DNA of 64,000 nt from an uncultured Gemmataceae bacterium (GCA_963750165.1 CAVVPN010000003.1:1568001-1632000), one strand, 5' to 3'; numbered from the stretch's first letter, positions 51,402-61,284 are shown. The notes: a model not told the origin generated them from the sequence alone. A program made the numbers and translations.

Positions 51402-52382
51402 GGCGGCGGCCGGCGGCAGGGCGTCGAGGTCCACGGCCGCCAACCCCGGCAGCGTGAAGCGCCGCCGCGATGTGACCAGCAACAGGCAGCCCTGCGACGG
51501 CGTCAGCCCCTCCAACTGCTCCGGGCCGGCGGCGATGTCCAGCAGCAGCAGCAGCACGCGCTTGCCCGCCAGTACACTATGGTACATGCCCTCCAGCGCC
51601 GCGTCGTCGTCCGGCAGGCGCTGCTCCAGCCCCAGGAACGAGCGGATCACGTGGCCGAGGATGTCGCGGCGCGGCAGCGGCGGCAAGCCGGCGTGGAAGC
51701 CGCTGAGGTCGAGCGCCACGTGGCCATCGCGGTAGCGCTCGCCGACCAGCGCCGCCAGCTTGCGGGCCAGCTCCGTCTTGCCGATGTCCCCCTGGCCGCG
51801 CACGCCGCTGATCGTCGCCCCGTGGTCGCAGTGCGCCAGCAGCGTTTGCAACTGCTCCGTGCGGCCGATGAAGTCCGGCACCGGCGCCGGCACCTGCCGC
51901 GGCCCCAGCAGCCCGCGCCGCCGCATCCAGCCCTGCAGCGCCAGGTACACGGCATGGCGCAGGTTGTCCGGCGTGGTGAATGTGGCGGCGACCAGGCCGG
52001 CGTTGCGAATCTTGTCGTGCAGGGCCTTGATGCGGTCGCGGTGCTCGGGCTGCTTGCGCTCCTCCGGCCAGGCGTACTGCGGATCGACGAGGAAGCACAG
52101 CCGTTCGAGGCCGCGCCGCGTGGCGTGGTCGAACTCGTGCTCGGTGACGGAGCGCTGGTCGCCGGGCAGGGGGTGGCCGAAGCGGTAGGCGAAGACGCCG
52201 ACGTAAACAGCCGCCCCCTCGAGCTTGAGCAGCGAGGCGCGGACGGCGTCGAGGTCGGCGGCCTCGAAGTCCTTCATATCGACGACGCCCAGGCCGAGCT
52301 CGTCGCAGGCGCGGCGGACGGCGGCGCGGTAGTCGGCCAGGTCGAGACTGGTGCTGCTGATGAAGACCGTGGCGAGGGGCAT
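51402..52382 (-). pseudogene. Truncated DUF4062 (TIR-like) + NB-ARC/STAND NTPase gene
   Basis: VFISSTSLDLADYR...SVTEHEF; DFIGR; Walker A GQGDIGKTELA; LLLLLDIA; LLVTSRR. Homology stops at LDALPPAAA, and the rest of the track ORF is repeat and antisense sequence. Confidence 0.8.
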
Positions 52383-52740
52383 GGCGATTACCTCGGAGAA
52401 TCAATGGTGCCCGTATTATGGCGCGTCGCCGCTGCCATCGCCAGGGCGCCAGCGCGGCGTCACGGAATCCAGTTGCCTCACCCCCGCGGCGGCGAGACCA
52501 TTGGGCCGCGTCGTCCCACAATCCCTGCGCCCACCCGAGAGTCCCGGTGATGAGTGCCCCGTCTCCCAGCCTGTTGGACCGCCTGGCCCCGGAGCTCGTC
52601 GCCTTCGAGCGCCGCTCCTTCGCCCTGCGCGACGACCTCGAACGCCTCGACGTGGTTGCTCAAGCGCCTTGACCGCTCCTTCCAGGGTCGTTCGCTTCTG
52701 GCTCCGCGCCTGCTGGGAGTTGACTGGGGGAGTGGGGTAA

Positions 52741-52859
52741 GGGTAGGGAATGGGCGCCGCCCCTGGGGCAGTCAGGGGGGTGCGTGAAATGAAATGAAAC
52801 GCAAGCCCTCCCTGGCACGATTTCTATTATACCGCCCAGCCCGCTTCCGGGGAACGGCC
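52741..52859 (-). ncRNA. Candidate sRNA/leader with sigma70-like promoter, copy B
   Basis: TTCCCC-17 nt-TATAAT; homologous to 8925-9042. Confidence 0.45.
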
Positions 52860-53025
52860 CTGCGCCCGCGGCCAGGGCCGTTCGGGGGCTCCTCCCACCG
52901 GGGGAGGCGGAAGCGAACGGCCCTGCCGTTCCTTCCTACCGACCTCGACCAGAAAACCCATCCACGGTAACATCCTCCCATCCATACTGACCGTGTACCA
53001 TTCCACAATCTTTAAGGAGGGAGCG

Positions 53026-54138
53026 ATGAGCAGCGTCCGGGTTCTGGTGGGCACGCGCAAGGGCGCGTTCGTCCTGACATCCGACGGCAAGCGCCAGCGG
53101 TGGGAGGTCAGCGGCCCCCACTTCGGCGGCTGGGAAATCTACCACGTAAAGGGTTCGCCCGTCGATCCGAACCGGCTGTATGCGTCGCAGTCCAACGGCT
53201 GGTTCGGGCAAAAAATTCAGCGCTCCGACGACGGCGGCCAGACGTGGGAGCCGGTCGGCGACCAGTTCGCCTACGACGGCACACCCGGCACGCACCTGTG
53301 GTACGACGGCACGCCGCACCCCTGGGCGTTCAAGCGCGTCTGGCACCTGGAGCCGTCGCTGACCGACCCGGACACCGTCTACGCCGGCGTGGAGGACGCC
53401 GCCCTGTTCCGCTCGGCCGACGGCGGCAAGACATGGCAGGAACTGCCCAGCCTGCGCGATCAGCAAGGCGCGTACTGGGTGCCCGGCGCCGGCGGCATGG
53501 GCCTGCACACCATCCTGCTCGACCCGGGCAACCCCGGCCGCATTTACATCGCGATCTCCGCGGCGGGCGCTTTCCGCAGTGACGACGCGGGCCAGACGTG
53601 GAAGCCGATCAACCGCGGCCTGTATTCGAAGTACATGCCCAACCCGACGGCCGAGGTCGGCCACTGCGTCCACCGCATCGCCATGCACCGGTCGCGCCCG
53701 GGGACGCTGTTCATGCAGAAGCACTGGGATGTTCTGCGCACCGACGACGCCGGCGAGTCGTGGCACAAGGTCAGCGGCAACCTACCAACCGACTTCGGCT
53801 TCGTGATCGACGTGCATGCGCACGAGCCGGAGACGGTCTACGTCGTGCCGATCAAGAGCGACAGCGAGCACTACCCGCCGGAGGGCAAGTTGCGCGTCTA
53901 CCGCAGCCGCGCGGGCGGCCACGAGTGGGAGCCGCTCACCAACGGCCTGCCGCAGCGCGACTGCTACGTCAACGTGCTGCGCGACGCAATGGCCGTGGAC
54001 GCGCTCGACGAGTGCGGCGTGTACTTCGGCACCACCGGCGGCCAGGTGTATGCGTCGGCCGACGGCGGCGACCGTTGGGCGCCAGTCGTCCGCGACCTGC
54101 CCGCGGTGCTGTCCGTGGAGGTGCAGACCCTGCCATGA
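53026..54138 (+). CDS. BNR/Asp-box beta-propeller protein (sialidase-like fold)
   Basis: AAGGAGG RBS, VGTRKG and repeated RSxDGGxTW Asp boxes. Confidence 0.85.
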   Translation: MSSVRVLVGTRKGAFVLTSDGKRQRWEVSGPHFGGWEIYHVKGSPVDPNRLYASQSNGWFGQKIQRSDDGGQTWEPVGDQFAYDGTPGTHLWYDGTPHPWAFKRVWHLEPSLTDPDTVYAGVEDAALFRSADGGKTWQELPSLRDQQGAYWVPGAGGMGLHTILLDPGNPGRIYIAISAAGAFRSDDAGQTWKPINRGLYSKYMPNPTAEVGHCVHRIAMHRSRPGTLFMQKHWDVLRTDDAGESWHKVSGNLPTDFGFVIDVHAHEPETVYVVPIKSDSEHYPPEGKLRVYRSRAGGHEWEPLTNGLPQRDCYVNVLRDAMAVDALDECGVYFGTTGGQVYASADGGDRWAPVVRDLPAVLSVEVQTLP

Positions 54139-54434
54139 TCCGTGTCATTCTACCGTATCATCTGCGGACGCTGGCGCGCGTTAGCGGCGGCGAGGTGCAA
54201 CTCGACGTGGCGGGCGCCGCCACGCAACGCGCGGTGCTGGACGCGCTGGAGGCGCGCTTCCCGGTGTTGCGCGGGACCATCCGCGACCACGGCTCGCTGC
54301 GGCGCCGGCCGCTGCTGCGCTTCTTCGCCTGCGAGCGCGACCTGTCGGATGAGGAACCGGATGCGCCGCTGCCCGAGGCGGTCGCGTCGGGGGCGGAGCC
54401 GTTCTGGGTCGTCGGAGCCATCGCCGGTGGCTGA
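54135..54434 (+). CDS. MoaD/ThiS-family ubiquitin-like protein
   Basis: [14 protein letters not shown]...[13 protein letters not shown]...GAIAGG; ATGA overlap with the upstream gene. Confidence 0.88.
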   Translation: MIRVILPYHLRTLARVSGGEVQLDVAGAATQRAVLDALEARFPVLRGTIRDHGSLRRRPLLRFFACERDLSDEEPDAPLPEAVASGAEPFWVVGAIAGG

Positions 54435-54443
54435 GCGCCATTC

Positions 54444-54503
54444 TCGTGGGGCAGGCTTTCCAGGCTGCCGAGGGACCGGCAGCCTGGAAAGCCTGCCCCA
54501 CGA
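54444..54503. repeat. REP-like inverted repeat
   Basis: TCGTGGGGCAGGCTTTCCAGGCTGCCG...CGGCAGCCTGGAAAGCCTGCCCCACGA. Confidence 0.9.
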
Positions 54504-54695
54504 CAGGAGCAAGTCCGCCCGCCAGAATTGCCCGAACGATTCTTGCGACGAAAGGCGGCCAATCACGTGGGATACCGAACCGCAATCCTGGCGCGGCCGC
54601 CGGCGACCCAGGCCCACCGCCGCAGCCTTGATGCCCCGCCGCGCGCCAACCGCTATCATGGCAGCAACGTCAGCCCCGACCCGGAGCCCGCCGCC

Positions 54696-55832
54696 ATGAG
54701 CGACCCCGTTGCCGTCCGCCGCGCCGCCCTGCTGCCGACCTTCCGCCGCGCCCTCGACCTGGCCGCGGACCGGGCGCGGCGCGTCGTCGAGCAGTACCCC
54801 AATTACGCTCCGATGTACACCGTCGGCGGCCGCTGGCGACAGGAGCCGGAGCACTGGACGCACTGGTGCGAAGGGTTTTACCCCGGCATCTACTGGCTGC
54901 TGCACCGGCACACCGGCGACGCGCTGTGGCGGCACGTCGCCGAGCAAGCCAGCCGCGCCCTGAAGCCGCGCCGCTTCGACCGAGCCGTCCACGACCTGGG
55001 CTTTTTGTTCTTCTCGACGTACCTGCGCTGGTTCCGGCAAACGGGTGAACCGGCACTGCGGCAGGTGCTGATCGAGGCGGGCCGAACGCTGGCGCTGCGG
55101 CGGCAGGTCGGCGGTTACCTGGCGTCGTTCATCGGCCCGGAGTCGCTGTTCATCGACATCATGATGAACGTCGGCCTCATCCTCTGGGCCGCCAACGCCA
55201 CCGACGACGCGACGCTGCGGGCCATCGCCCTGGAGCATTGCCGCACCACGCAGCGTTACCTCGTGCGCGGCGACGGTGGCACCGCCCATGAGGGCATCTT
55301 CGACGTGCAGACCGGGCAGTTCCTGCGTGAGAGCACGCACCAGGGCTATCGGCCTGAGAGCACCTGGACGCGCGGCCTGGCCTGGGCGATCTACGGCTTC
55401 ACAGCGGTGCATCGGCTGAGCGGCGCGGCGGAGTTTCTGGACACGGGCCGCCGCTGCGCCGAGTGTTACCTGCGCCGCGCCCCGCAGGGGCTGGTGCCGC
55501 CGTGGGACTTCGACGCACCGGCGGCCGGCCGGCAGCCGTGGGACAGTTCCGCGGCGGCGATCACCGCGAGCGGCCTGTGGGACCTGGCCGAACAGACGGC
55601 CGACACCGCCGAGCAGCAACGCTACCGCCTGACGGCGCTGACGGCACTGGAGACGTTGTGTTCGGAGCAATTTCTGCCGTGGGACCGACCGGAATGGGAG
55701 GGGATTTTGCTGCACGGCGTTTATCATTACCACAAGGGGCTGGGCGTCGATGAGTCGGTGGCCTGGGGGGACCACTTCTTCGTCGAGGCTCTGGTGAAGG
55801 TGGTCCACAACTGCTCCGACGCGGGATGGTGA
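54696..55832 (+). CDS. GH88 unsaturated glucuronyl hydrolase
   Basis: WCEGFYPG, HDLGF, FIDIMMN, THQG, WTRGLAWAIYGF, DSSAAAI and WGDHFFVEAL. Confidence 0.9.
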   Translation: MSDPVAVRRAALLPTFRRALDLAADRARRVVEQYPNYAPMYTVGGRWRQEPEHWTHWCEGFYPGIYWLLHRHTGDALWRHVAEQASRALKPRRFDRAVHDLGFLFFSTYLRWFRQTGEPALRQVLIEAGRTLALRRQVGGYLASFIGPESLFIDIMMNVGLILWAANATDDATLRAIALEHCRTTQRYLVRGDGGTAHEGIFDVQTGQFLRESTHQGYRPESTWTRGLAWAIYGFTAVHRLSGAAEFLDTGRRCAECYLRRAPQGLVPPWDFDAPAAGRQPWDSSAAAITASGLWDLAEQTADTAEQQRYRLTALTALETLCSEQFLPWDRPEWEGILLHGVYHYHKGLGVDESVAWGDHFFVEALVKVVHNCSDAGW

Positions 55833-55835
55833 ATC

Positions 55836-56315
55836 ATGAAGATCGCGATTGTCAGCGACACGCACAGCCGCTACCACACCGTCGAGGCGGCACTGCAGTT
55901 GATCGGCGAGCGCGGCGTGGAGTTGATCCTGCACTGCGGCGACATCGAGGACGCGGACACAGTCTGGTTGTTTCCGGGCACGACGCACTTCGTCTTCGGC
56001 AACTGTGACACGGAGCGCGCGAGCGTGCGCCAGGCGGTCTACGGCATCGGCGCGACGCTGCACGAGCCTTTCGGCCGGCTGGAACTGGAGGATGTCAAGC
56101 TGGCGTTCCTGCACGGCGACGACCACGCGCTGCTGCGGCAGCTGATCGACAGCGGCGAATATGCTTATCTGTTCCACGGCCACACGCACCAGCGCCGCGA
56201 CGAGCAAATCGGCCCGACGCGCGTCATCAATCCGGGGGCGCTGCACCGCGCCGCGGTCAAGACGTTCGCGGTGCTCGACCTGGCCAGCGGCGACCTCGAA
56301 ACGGTGGCCGTGTGA
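55836..56315 (+). CDS. YfcE/MJ0936-family metallophosphoesterase
   Basis: SDTH, HCGD, GNCD, HG, HGHTH and INPG. Confidence 0.9.
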   Translation: MKIAIVSDTHSRYHTVEAALQLIGERGVELILHCGDIEDADTVWLFPGTTHFVFGNCDTERASVRQAVYGIGATLHEPFGRLELEDVKLAFLHGDDHALLRQLIDSGEYAYLFHGHTHQRRDEQIGPTRVINPGALHRAAVKTFAVLDLASGDLETVAV

Positions 56316-56328
56316 CCGCGAGGGCAGC

Positions 56329-57243
56329 ATGCGTGACGTGGACGACGACCCCTTGCCGAGCCGCAACGCCGCCGCGATCGCCGGTGTGCGCCGCCGTTAC
56401 CGCAATTTTCGCCTGCTGTTCCTGGGCTTCCTGCTCACGATCCCCTTGAGCTGCGTCGGTTCGACCTTGGTCGTCAGCATCGGGCACCACTTGCCCACTT
56501 TCTTCGCAATCGTTTTCGTGTTCCTGCTGATTCTGCCGTTCGTCGGCGCCGTTGGTGCGGCGCTGACGGTGCGGCGGTGGCGCCGCGCCGCCCGCGCCGT
56601 GGCCGTGGCGGAGCAGGCGGAAAACATGGGTCTGTTCTACTCCCACCGGCCCGGCCCGTCGGAAATCGCGTGGCTGCAAGGGCTGCGCATGTACCGCGAC
56701 GCCGCACGCGCCCCAAGGGCGAACAACCTGGTCACGGGCGTCTTCGACGGCGTTTCCGTCCTGCTGATGGATTACATCCTGTCCACCGGCTCCAGGGAGA
56801 ACCGCATCGACTACCGTCAAACGCTGGTCGTGTGCCGTCGGATCGTCAAGGGCGTGCCCGATTTCCTGGTCCAGCCGAAGCGCCTGCGCGACCGGCTCGC
56901 GGAGTGGTGGCTCGGCGGCCGCATTTTCGACGTGCCGGACGCGCCGGAGTTCAACCAGCAGTACGTGCTGCACGGCCGGCCCGAGGACGGTGTGCAGGAG
57001 TGCTTCACGCCGGAGGTGGTGGCGCTGCTGCTGGCCGAGAAGGACTGGACCGTGGAGGTGTGGGGCGGCCTGCTGGCGGTGCAGCGCTTCCGCAAGCACC
57101 TGGTCCCCGACCGCTACCCCGCCTTCGTGCTGCGGACGCTCCGCCTCGCCAGTCTGCTGCGGCGGGCGCTCAGCGAACCTGAACCGCCGCGGCCGCCTCT
57201 TCCTCCTCAGGAGGGCATCGTGCCCGCCGACCCGAATTCTTGA
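56329..57243 (+). CDS. Hypothetical membrane protein
   Basis: Two N-terminal hydrophobic helices followed by a soluble domain; operon spacing. Confidence 0.65.
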   Translation: MRDVDDDPLPSRNAAAIAGVRRRYRNFRLLFLGFLLTIPLSCVGSTLVVSIGHHLPTFFAIVFVFLLILPFVGAVGAALTVRRWRRAARAVAVAEQAENMGLFYSHRPGPSEIAWLQGLRMYRDAARAPRANNLVTGVFDGVSVLLMDYILSTGSRENRIDYRQTLVVCRRIVKGVPDFLVQPKRLRDRLAEWWLGGRIFDVPDAPEFNQQYVLHGRPEDGVQECFTPEVVALLLAEKDWTVEVWGGLLAVQRFRKHLVPDRYPAFVLRTLRLASLLRRALSEPEPPRPPLPPQEGIVPADPNS

Positions 57244-57255
57244 GGAGGATACTGT

Positions 57256-57897
57256 ATGGCCACCGTCTGGTTCACCGCCGACCTGCACCTGGGGCACGGC
57301 AACATCATCAAATACTGTCTGCGGCCGCACCTGTCCGCCGAGGAACGCCGGCTGGCGCAGCGCGACGCGCGCGGCCACTGGCGCGTCTCGGACGAGACGG
57401 TCGAGCGCCACGACACCGCACTGCTCGACGCCATCAACGGCATGGTGGACAAGGGCGATACGCTCTGGATTCTGGGTGACTTCTGCCGCGGCGGCTTCGA
57501 CGAGGCTCGCGGCTACCGCGACCGCATCCTGTGTCAGCACGTCCATCTGGTGTGGGGCAACCACGATCACCGGTCGATCCGGCCGCTGTTCGGCCAGGCC
57601 ATCGAGCAGGGCATGGTCCACGCGGAGGGCCAGGAAATCTGGCTCAACCATTACCCGATGCGCAGCTGGAACAAGAGCTTTCACGGCAGCTGGCACCTGT
57701 ACGGCCACGTCCACGGCCGGCTGGCCGCGGAGGACGCCGCCCGTCCCCACATGCTGACGCGCGACGTGGGTGTCGATGCCTGCGACTTTCAGCCCGTAAG
57801 CTTCGCGGCGCTGCGCACCTACATGGCCCCGCGCGTCGAAGCGTTCCGACAGCGCCAGGCTCAGTTCGCGCTGGGGGAAGGGCCCGCGATGGAGTGA
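57256..57897 (+). CDS. Calcineurin-like metallophosphoesterase
   Basis: ADLHLGHGNII, LGDF, GNHD, HYP, GHVH and DVGVD. Confidence 0.9.
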   Translation: MATVWFTADLHLGHGNIIKYCLRPHLSAEERRLAQRDARGHWRVSDETVERHDTALLDAINGMVDKGDTLWILGDFCRGGFDEARGYRDRILCQHVHLVWGNHDHRSIRPLFGQAIEQGMVHAEGQEIWLNHYPMRSWNKSFHGSWHLYGHVHGRLAAEDAARPHMLTRDVGVDACDFQPVSFAALRTYMAPRVEAFRQRQAQFALGEGPAME

Positions 57898-58134
57898 CGT
57901 GGGCGGCGCCCTGTGCCGATGCGGTACACTCCTGGTCCGGAGCCGCCCGCCGCCCACCGATGGCCCGCACCTCTGCCTCAGCCCCGGCCAGCGTTGCAAG
58001 TGGTTCCCCGCCAGATTCTTGAGTACGCTCTCTCCCATCCGGCCCACTTCACCCCGGTTCGCGGAATGGCGTTTGCGATAGCGCCACCTGGTAAATCTCC
58101 GATCATCGCCCGGGTGAACATAAGGAGGGTCGCC

Positions 58135-58566
58135 ATGAACGTCCGATGCCATGCGAGACTCGCGCTGGTAGCCTTCGCCCTGCTCCTGACGCTGGCCGCA
58201 CCGGGTCGCCCCGAGGAGTTCAAGTTTACCAGCCACGTCACGGTGCCGAACCTTGCCCCGAACGTGGCCGTGAAGTACGAGTGCTGGATGGCCATGAACG
58301 GCGAGCTGACCATGACCTACCTGGGCGAGCAGTGGGCCACGCCGAATGGCGAAGTCACCTTCGTCATGCCGGGTTCGCCGACGTTCCTGGCGAGCAGGCA
58401 TTGCCTGGTCGAACTGCGTACCACCACCGAACTCGGCAAGGTCACGCACTACCGTCCCGGCGACCTGGACTGGAACGTGGAGGTCGTGACCACCGGCGGC
58501 CACCAGGACATTTTCCTGTCGCTGCGGTCGCTGCCCATTCCGGTGCTGTCGCCGACGCCGCGGTAA
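58135..58566 (+). CDS. Hypothetical secreted protein
   Basis: TAAGGAGG RBS, signal-peptide-like N-terminus and a beta-rich body. Confidence 0.6.
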   Translation: MNVRCHARLALVAFALLLTLAAPGRPEEFKFTSHVTVPNLAPNVAVKYECWMAMNGELTMTYLGEQWATPNGEVTFVMPGSPTFLASRHCLVELRTTTELGKVTHYRPGDLDWNVEVVTTGGHQDIFLSLRSLPIPVLSPTPR

Positions 58567-58658
58567 GAAGCCCACGGAGATGGCCGCGGTCCCGCTCTCT
58601 GCGTGCGTAGAATGGTAACAGAGAGTTGGGATAACGGCCGCCCCCGGAGGGACAGATC

Positions 58659-58862
58659 ATGTTGGAGCGCGTCAAGGTGTTCTCATTCGCCAGCGGCCAC
58701 GGCGAGACGTTGGTGGAACCACCGCACGAGGAGCACATCAACCAGTGGCTCGCGGCCGTCAAGGGTCAGATCGTGGACATCACCCAGTCCGAGAGCGAAC
58801 GCGCCGGCGCCGGCCATCACGTCACGGTCTGCATCTGGTACGTGCCCAGCGAGTCCACGTAG
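58659..58862 (+). CDS. Small hypothetical protein (67 aa)
   Basis: GGAGG RBS and protein-like composition (ITQSES...VTVCIWY). Confidence 0.65.
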   Translation: MLERVKVFSFASGHGETLVEPPHEEHINQWLAAVKGQIVDITQSESERAGAGHHVTVCIWYVPSEST

Positions 58863-58882
58863 CGGGGCGGCACGAGGCAACG

Positions 58883-60106
58883 TCATACGCTGCCGCCCGC
58901 CAGCCAACCCGTGCTCCACGCCGCCTGGAAGTTGTAGCCGCCAATCGGGCCGTCCAGGTCCAGCACCTCGCCCGCCAGGAACAGCCCCGGCGCCAGCTTG
59001 CTCTCCATCGTCCGCGAATCCACTTCGCCGAGCGCGACGCCGCCCGCCGTCACCTCCGCTTTCTTGAAGCCGAGGGTGCCGGTCAGCGGGATCGGTAGTC
59101 GCTTCATCAGCCCCGCCAATCGGGCGCGATCCGCCTTGCTCAGCGCCGCTGCGGTGCGGTCGGTCGGCAGCCCCGCCAGTGACAGCAGGCTGTCACACAA
59201 CCGCCGCGGAATCTGCTGCGCCAACACGCCCGCCAGCTGCCGCTTGCCCGCCGCCGCGGACTCGCGTTGCAGGAACTCCGCAACCTCCGCTTCCTTCATC
59301 CCCGGCACCAGGTCCACCTCCAACGTCAGCGTCCTGGGCTGGGCGTGACCGCTCACGACCCGGCTCACGTCGAGGGCTACCGGCCCGGACAGGCCGAAGT
59401 GCGCGAACAGCAGCGAACCGCGCCGCGCCGCCAGGCATCGGCCCGCTTCCATGACGCGCACCGCCACGTCCGGCAGGGTCAGGCCGGTCATGCCGGTGAC
59501 CCACGCCGCCTCGACGGTGAGCGGCACCAGGGCGGGCCGCGGCGGCACAATGGTGTGGCCGAACTGCGCCGCCAGGCGGTAGCCGTCGCCGGTGGTGCCG
59601 CTGCCGGGATACGACTGGCCGCCCGTGGTCAAAATCACCTTCGCGGAGGGGAGCACGCGCTGCGGGGTGGTGACGGCCCAGCCGTCGGCAGTGCGGGCCA
59701 GGGCAGTGACGGGCTCGGCCAGGGCCAGGGTGGCGCCGGCGCGCTCCAGGCGGCGCAGCAGGGCGGCGAGCACGTCGGCGGCCCGGTTGCTGACGGGGAA
59801 GACCTTGCCGGTCTCCTCGACCTTGGTGGCGACGCCCTCGGCCTCGAAGAAGGCGACAGTGGCCTCGACGCTCAGGGCCGCCAGCGCTGAAAACAAGAAG
59901 CGCCCTGGCGGCCCGTATTCGGCGACAATGCCGCGGTTGTCGGTGGCATGAGTAAGGTTGCAGCGTGTGCCGCCGGACATCAGAATCTTGACGCCCGGCT
60001 TGCGGTTCTTCTCCAGCACCAGCGTGCGCCGGCCGCGCTCCGCCGCGGCGCTGGCCGCCATCAGCCCGGCGGCGCCGGCGCCGATCACGATCACGTCCTG
60101 GGTCAT
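58883..60106 (-). CDS. HI0933/YhiN/BaiN-family flavoprotein
   Basis: GAGAAGLMAA, KILMSGGTRCN, GGQSYPGSGTTGDG, VTAGGV and GGYNFQAAWSTG. Confidence 0.93.
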   Translation of the reverse strand: MTQDVIVIGAGAAGLMAASAAAERGRRTLVLEKNRKPGVKILMSGGTRCNLTHATDNRGIVAEYGPPGRFLFSALAALSVEATVAFFEAEGVATKVEETGKVFPVSNRAADVLAALLRRLERAGATLALAEPVTALARTADGWAVTTPQRVLPSAKVILTTGGQSYPGSGTTGDGYRLAAQFGHTIVPPRPALVPLTVEAAWVTGMTGLTLPDVAVRVMEAGRCLAARRGSLLFAHFGLSGPVALDVSRVVSGHAQPRTLTLEVDLVPGMKEAEVAEFLQRESAAAGKRQLAGVLAQQIPRRLCDSLLSLAGLPTDRTAAALSKADRARLAGLMKRLPIPLTGTLGFKKAEVTAGGVALGEVDSRTMESKLAPGLFLAGEVLDLDGPIGGYNFQAAWSTGWLAGGSV

Positions 60107-60118
60107 CGGCCGCGGCCC

Positions 60119-60478
60119 TTACTTTTCGACCCAGGTCACGGGCTGCGGCTGGATGTCCGGCGTGGGCCGGCCGCCGGCGTCCTGGCGACCGCTGCCGGCC
60201 AGGCGGCTGATGGCGCGCACGCTCATGTCGTGGTCGCAGAGAATCTGGCAACTGAGACGCACGCCGGTCAGGCCGCGCGCCGCCAGCACCTGTTTCTCGG
60301 CGGCGGTCATCTTCTGCGGCTCGCCCTCGACGAACTCGACGCGGCATGTGGTGCAGCGGGCGTTGCCACCGCAGGCGTGCAGTTGGTCGATCTTCGCCTC
60401 GTCCTCCAGGGCCAGGACGAGCCGCTTGTTGTCCGGCACGTCAAACGTCCCGGCGCCCTCGACGGTTAACTTCGGCAT
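60119..60478 (-). CDS. 2Fe-2S ferredoxin
   Basis: HACGGNARCTTCRV...RLSCQI; AAGGAGG RBS. Confidence 0.92.
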   Translation of the reverse strand: MPKLTVEGAGTFDVPDNKRLVLALEDEAKIDQLHACGGNARCTTCRVEFVEGEPQKMTAAEKQVLAARGLTGVRLSCQILCDHDMSVRAISRLAGSGRQDAGGRPTPDIQPQPVTWVEK

Positions 60479-60535
60479 GACGCCCTCCTTTCGCGGAAGC
60501 GGGTTCCAGGCCGTCATTGTAGCGATTTGTCGTTT

Positions 60536-60585
60536 TTCTGCCGCTTGCGGCTTAGCGCTCTTGCGCTAAGCCGCAAGCGGCAGAA
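60536..60585. repeat. REP-like inverted repeat
   Basis: TTCTGCCGCTTGCGGCTTAGCGC-TCTT-GCGCTAAGCCGCAAGCGGCAGAA; a partial relative lies at about 11016-11031. Confidence 0.9.
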
Positions 60586-60624
60586 TAGCAGAAGGGAAGC
60601 GCCGGGATGGACGCGCGGCCGCGG

Positions 60625-61077
60625 TCAGGTTTTGCCGCGCTGCTGGCGGCAGGCCTGTTCGTAGAATTGCTCGAACTGATGGCCGCTCATCCGGGCGAGC
60701 TTGCGAGCCAGCTCCGGCCACGATTCCTCGAACAGGTCCACGAGGACCGCCTTGAAGGGGCGGACGAACCGGACGAGCGACGGCGGCGCGGCGCAGGCTT
60801 CGATCAGCGCCCGCAGTTCCTCGTCGGTGAAATCGTGGCGGGCGCGCGGCGGTGATGGGCGGTCGCGGAAGTGCTGATACAGCAGCAGGAAGGTGCCGCG
60901 GCGCAGGCGAACAAGCCGTCTGGCCAGGGTCGGGGCCGTTTCCGCCAGCGCCTTGTTGAGCAGCCGCTTGAAGGCGGGCAGATGGCACCCGCCCAGATCG
61001 AGCTGCCGGTACTGGCGACAGAGGATGCGGTACTCTTCGGGAGTGAAGCGCAGATAGCTCAAAAGGCTTCCTTTCAC
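60625..61077 (-). CDS. Hypothetical protein with two internal repeats
   Basis: FTPEEYR...FKRLL...LARRLVRL is paralleled by FTDEELR...FKAVL...LARKLARM. Confidence 0.6.
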   Translation of the reverse strand: MKGSLLSYLRFTPEEYRILCRQYRQLDLGGCHLPAFKRLLNKALAETAPTLARRLVRLRRGTFLLLYQHFRDRPSPPRARHDFTDEELRALIEACAAPPSLVRFVRPFKAVLVDLFEESWPELARKLARMSGHQFEQFYEQACRQQRGKT

Positions 61078-61173
61078 GTTCCGGGAAGGGCGACGTTAAG
61101 GCAAGCGCGTGAGTTTGAGGAAGATACTTATAACAACCCTCCCGCCCGGCCGCAACCCTTCCCCGCCGGAAAA

Positions 61174-61284
61174 GTGAGGGGTGCCGGGGTGAGGGGGTGA
61201 CGGGGTGAGAGGGTGAGGGGGTGACGGGGTGAAAGACGGACTGCCTGGTCACCCCCTCACCCCCTCACCCTCTCACCCCGTCAC
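61174..61284. repeat. Inverted arrays of octamer repeats (GGGTGAnn)n / (TCACCCnn)n
   Basis: A run of GGGGTGA-type units followed by complementary TCACCCC units. Confidence 0.85.

Noticed and set aside
40400..52400. Prophage, ICE or integron
   Set aside because: No integrase, transposase, phage or conjugation genes, and no tRNA attachment site or consistent attC-like sites were seen.
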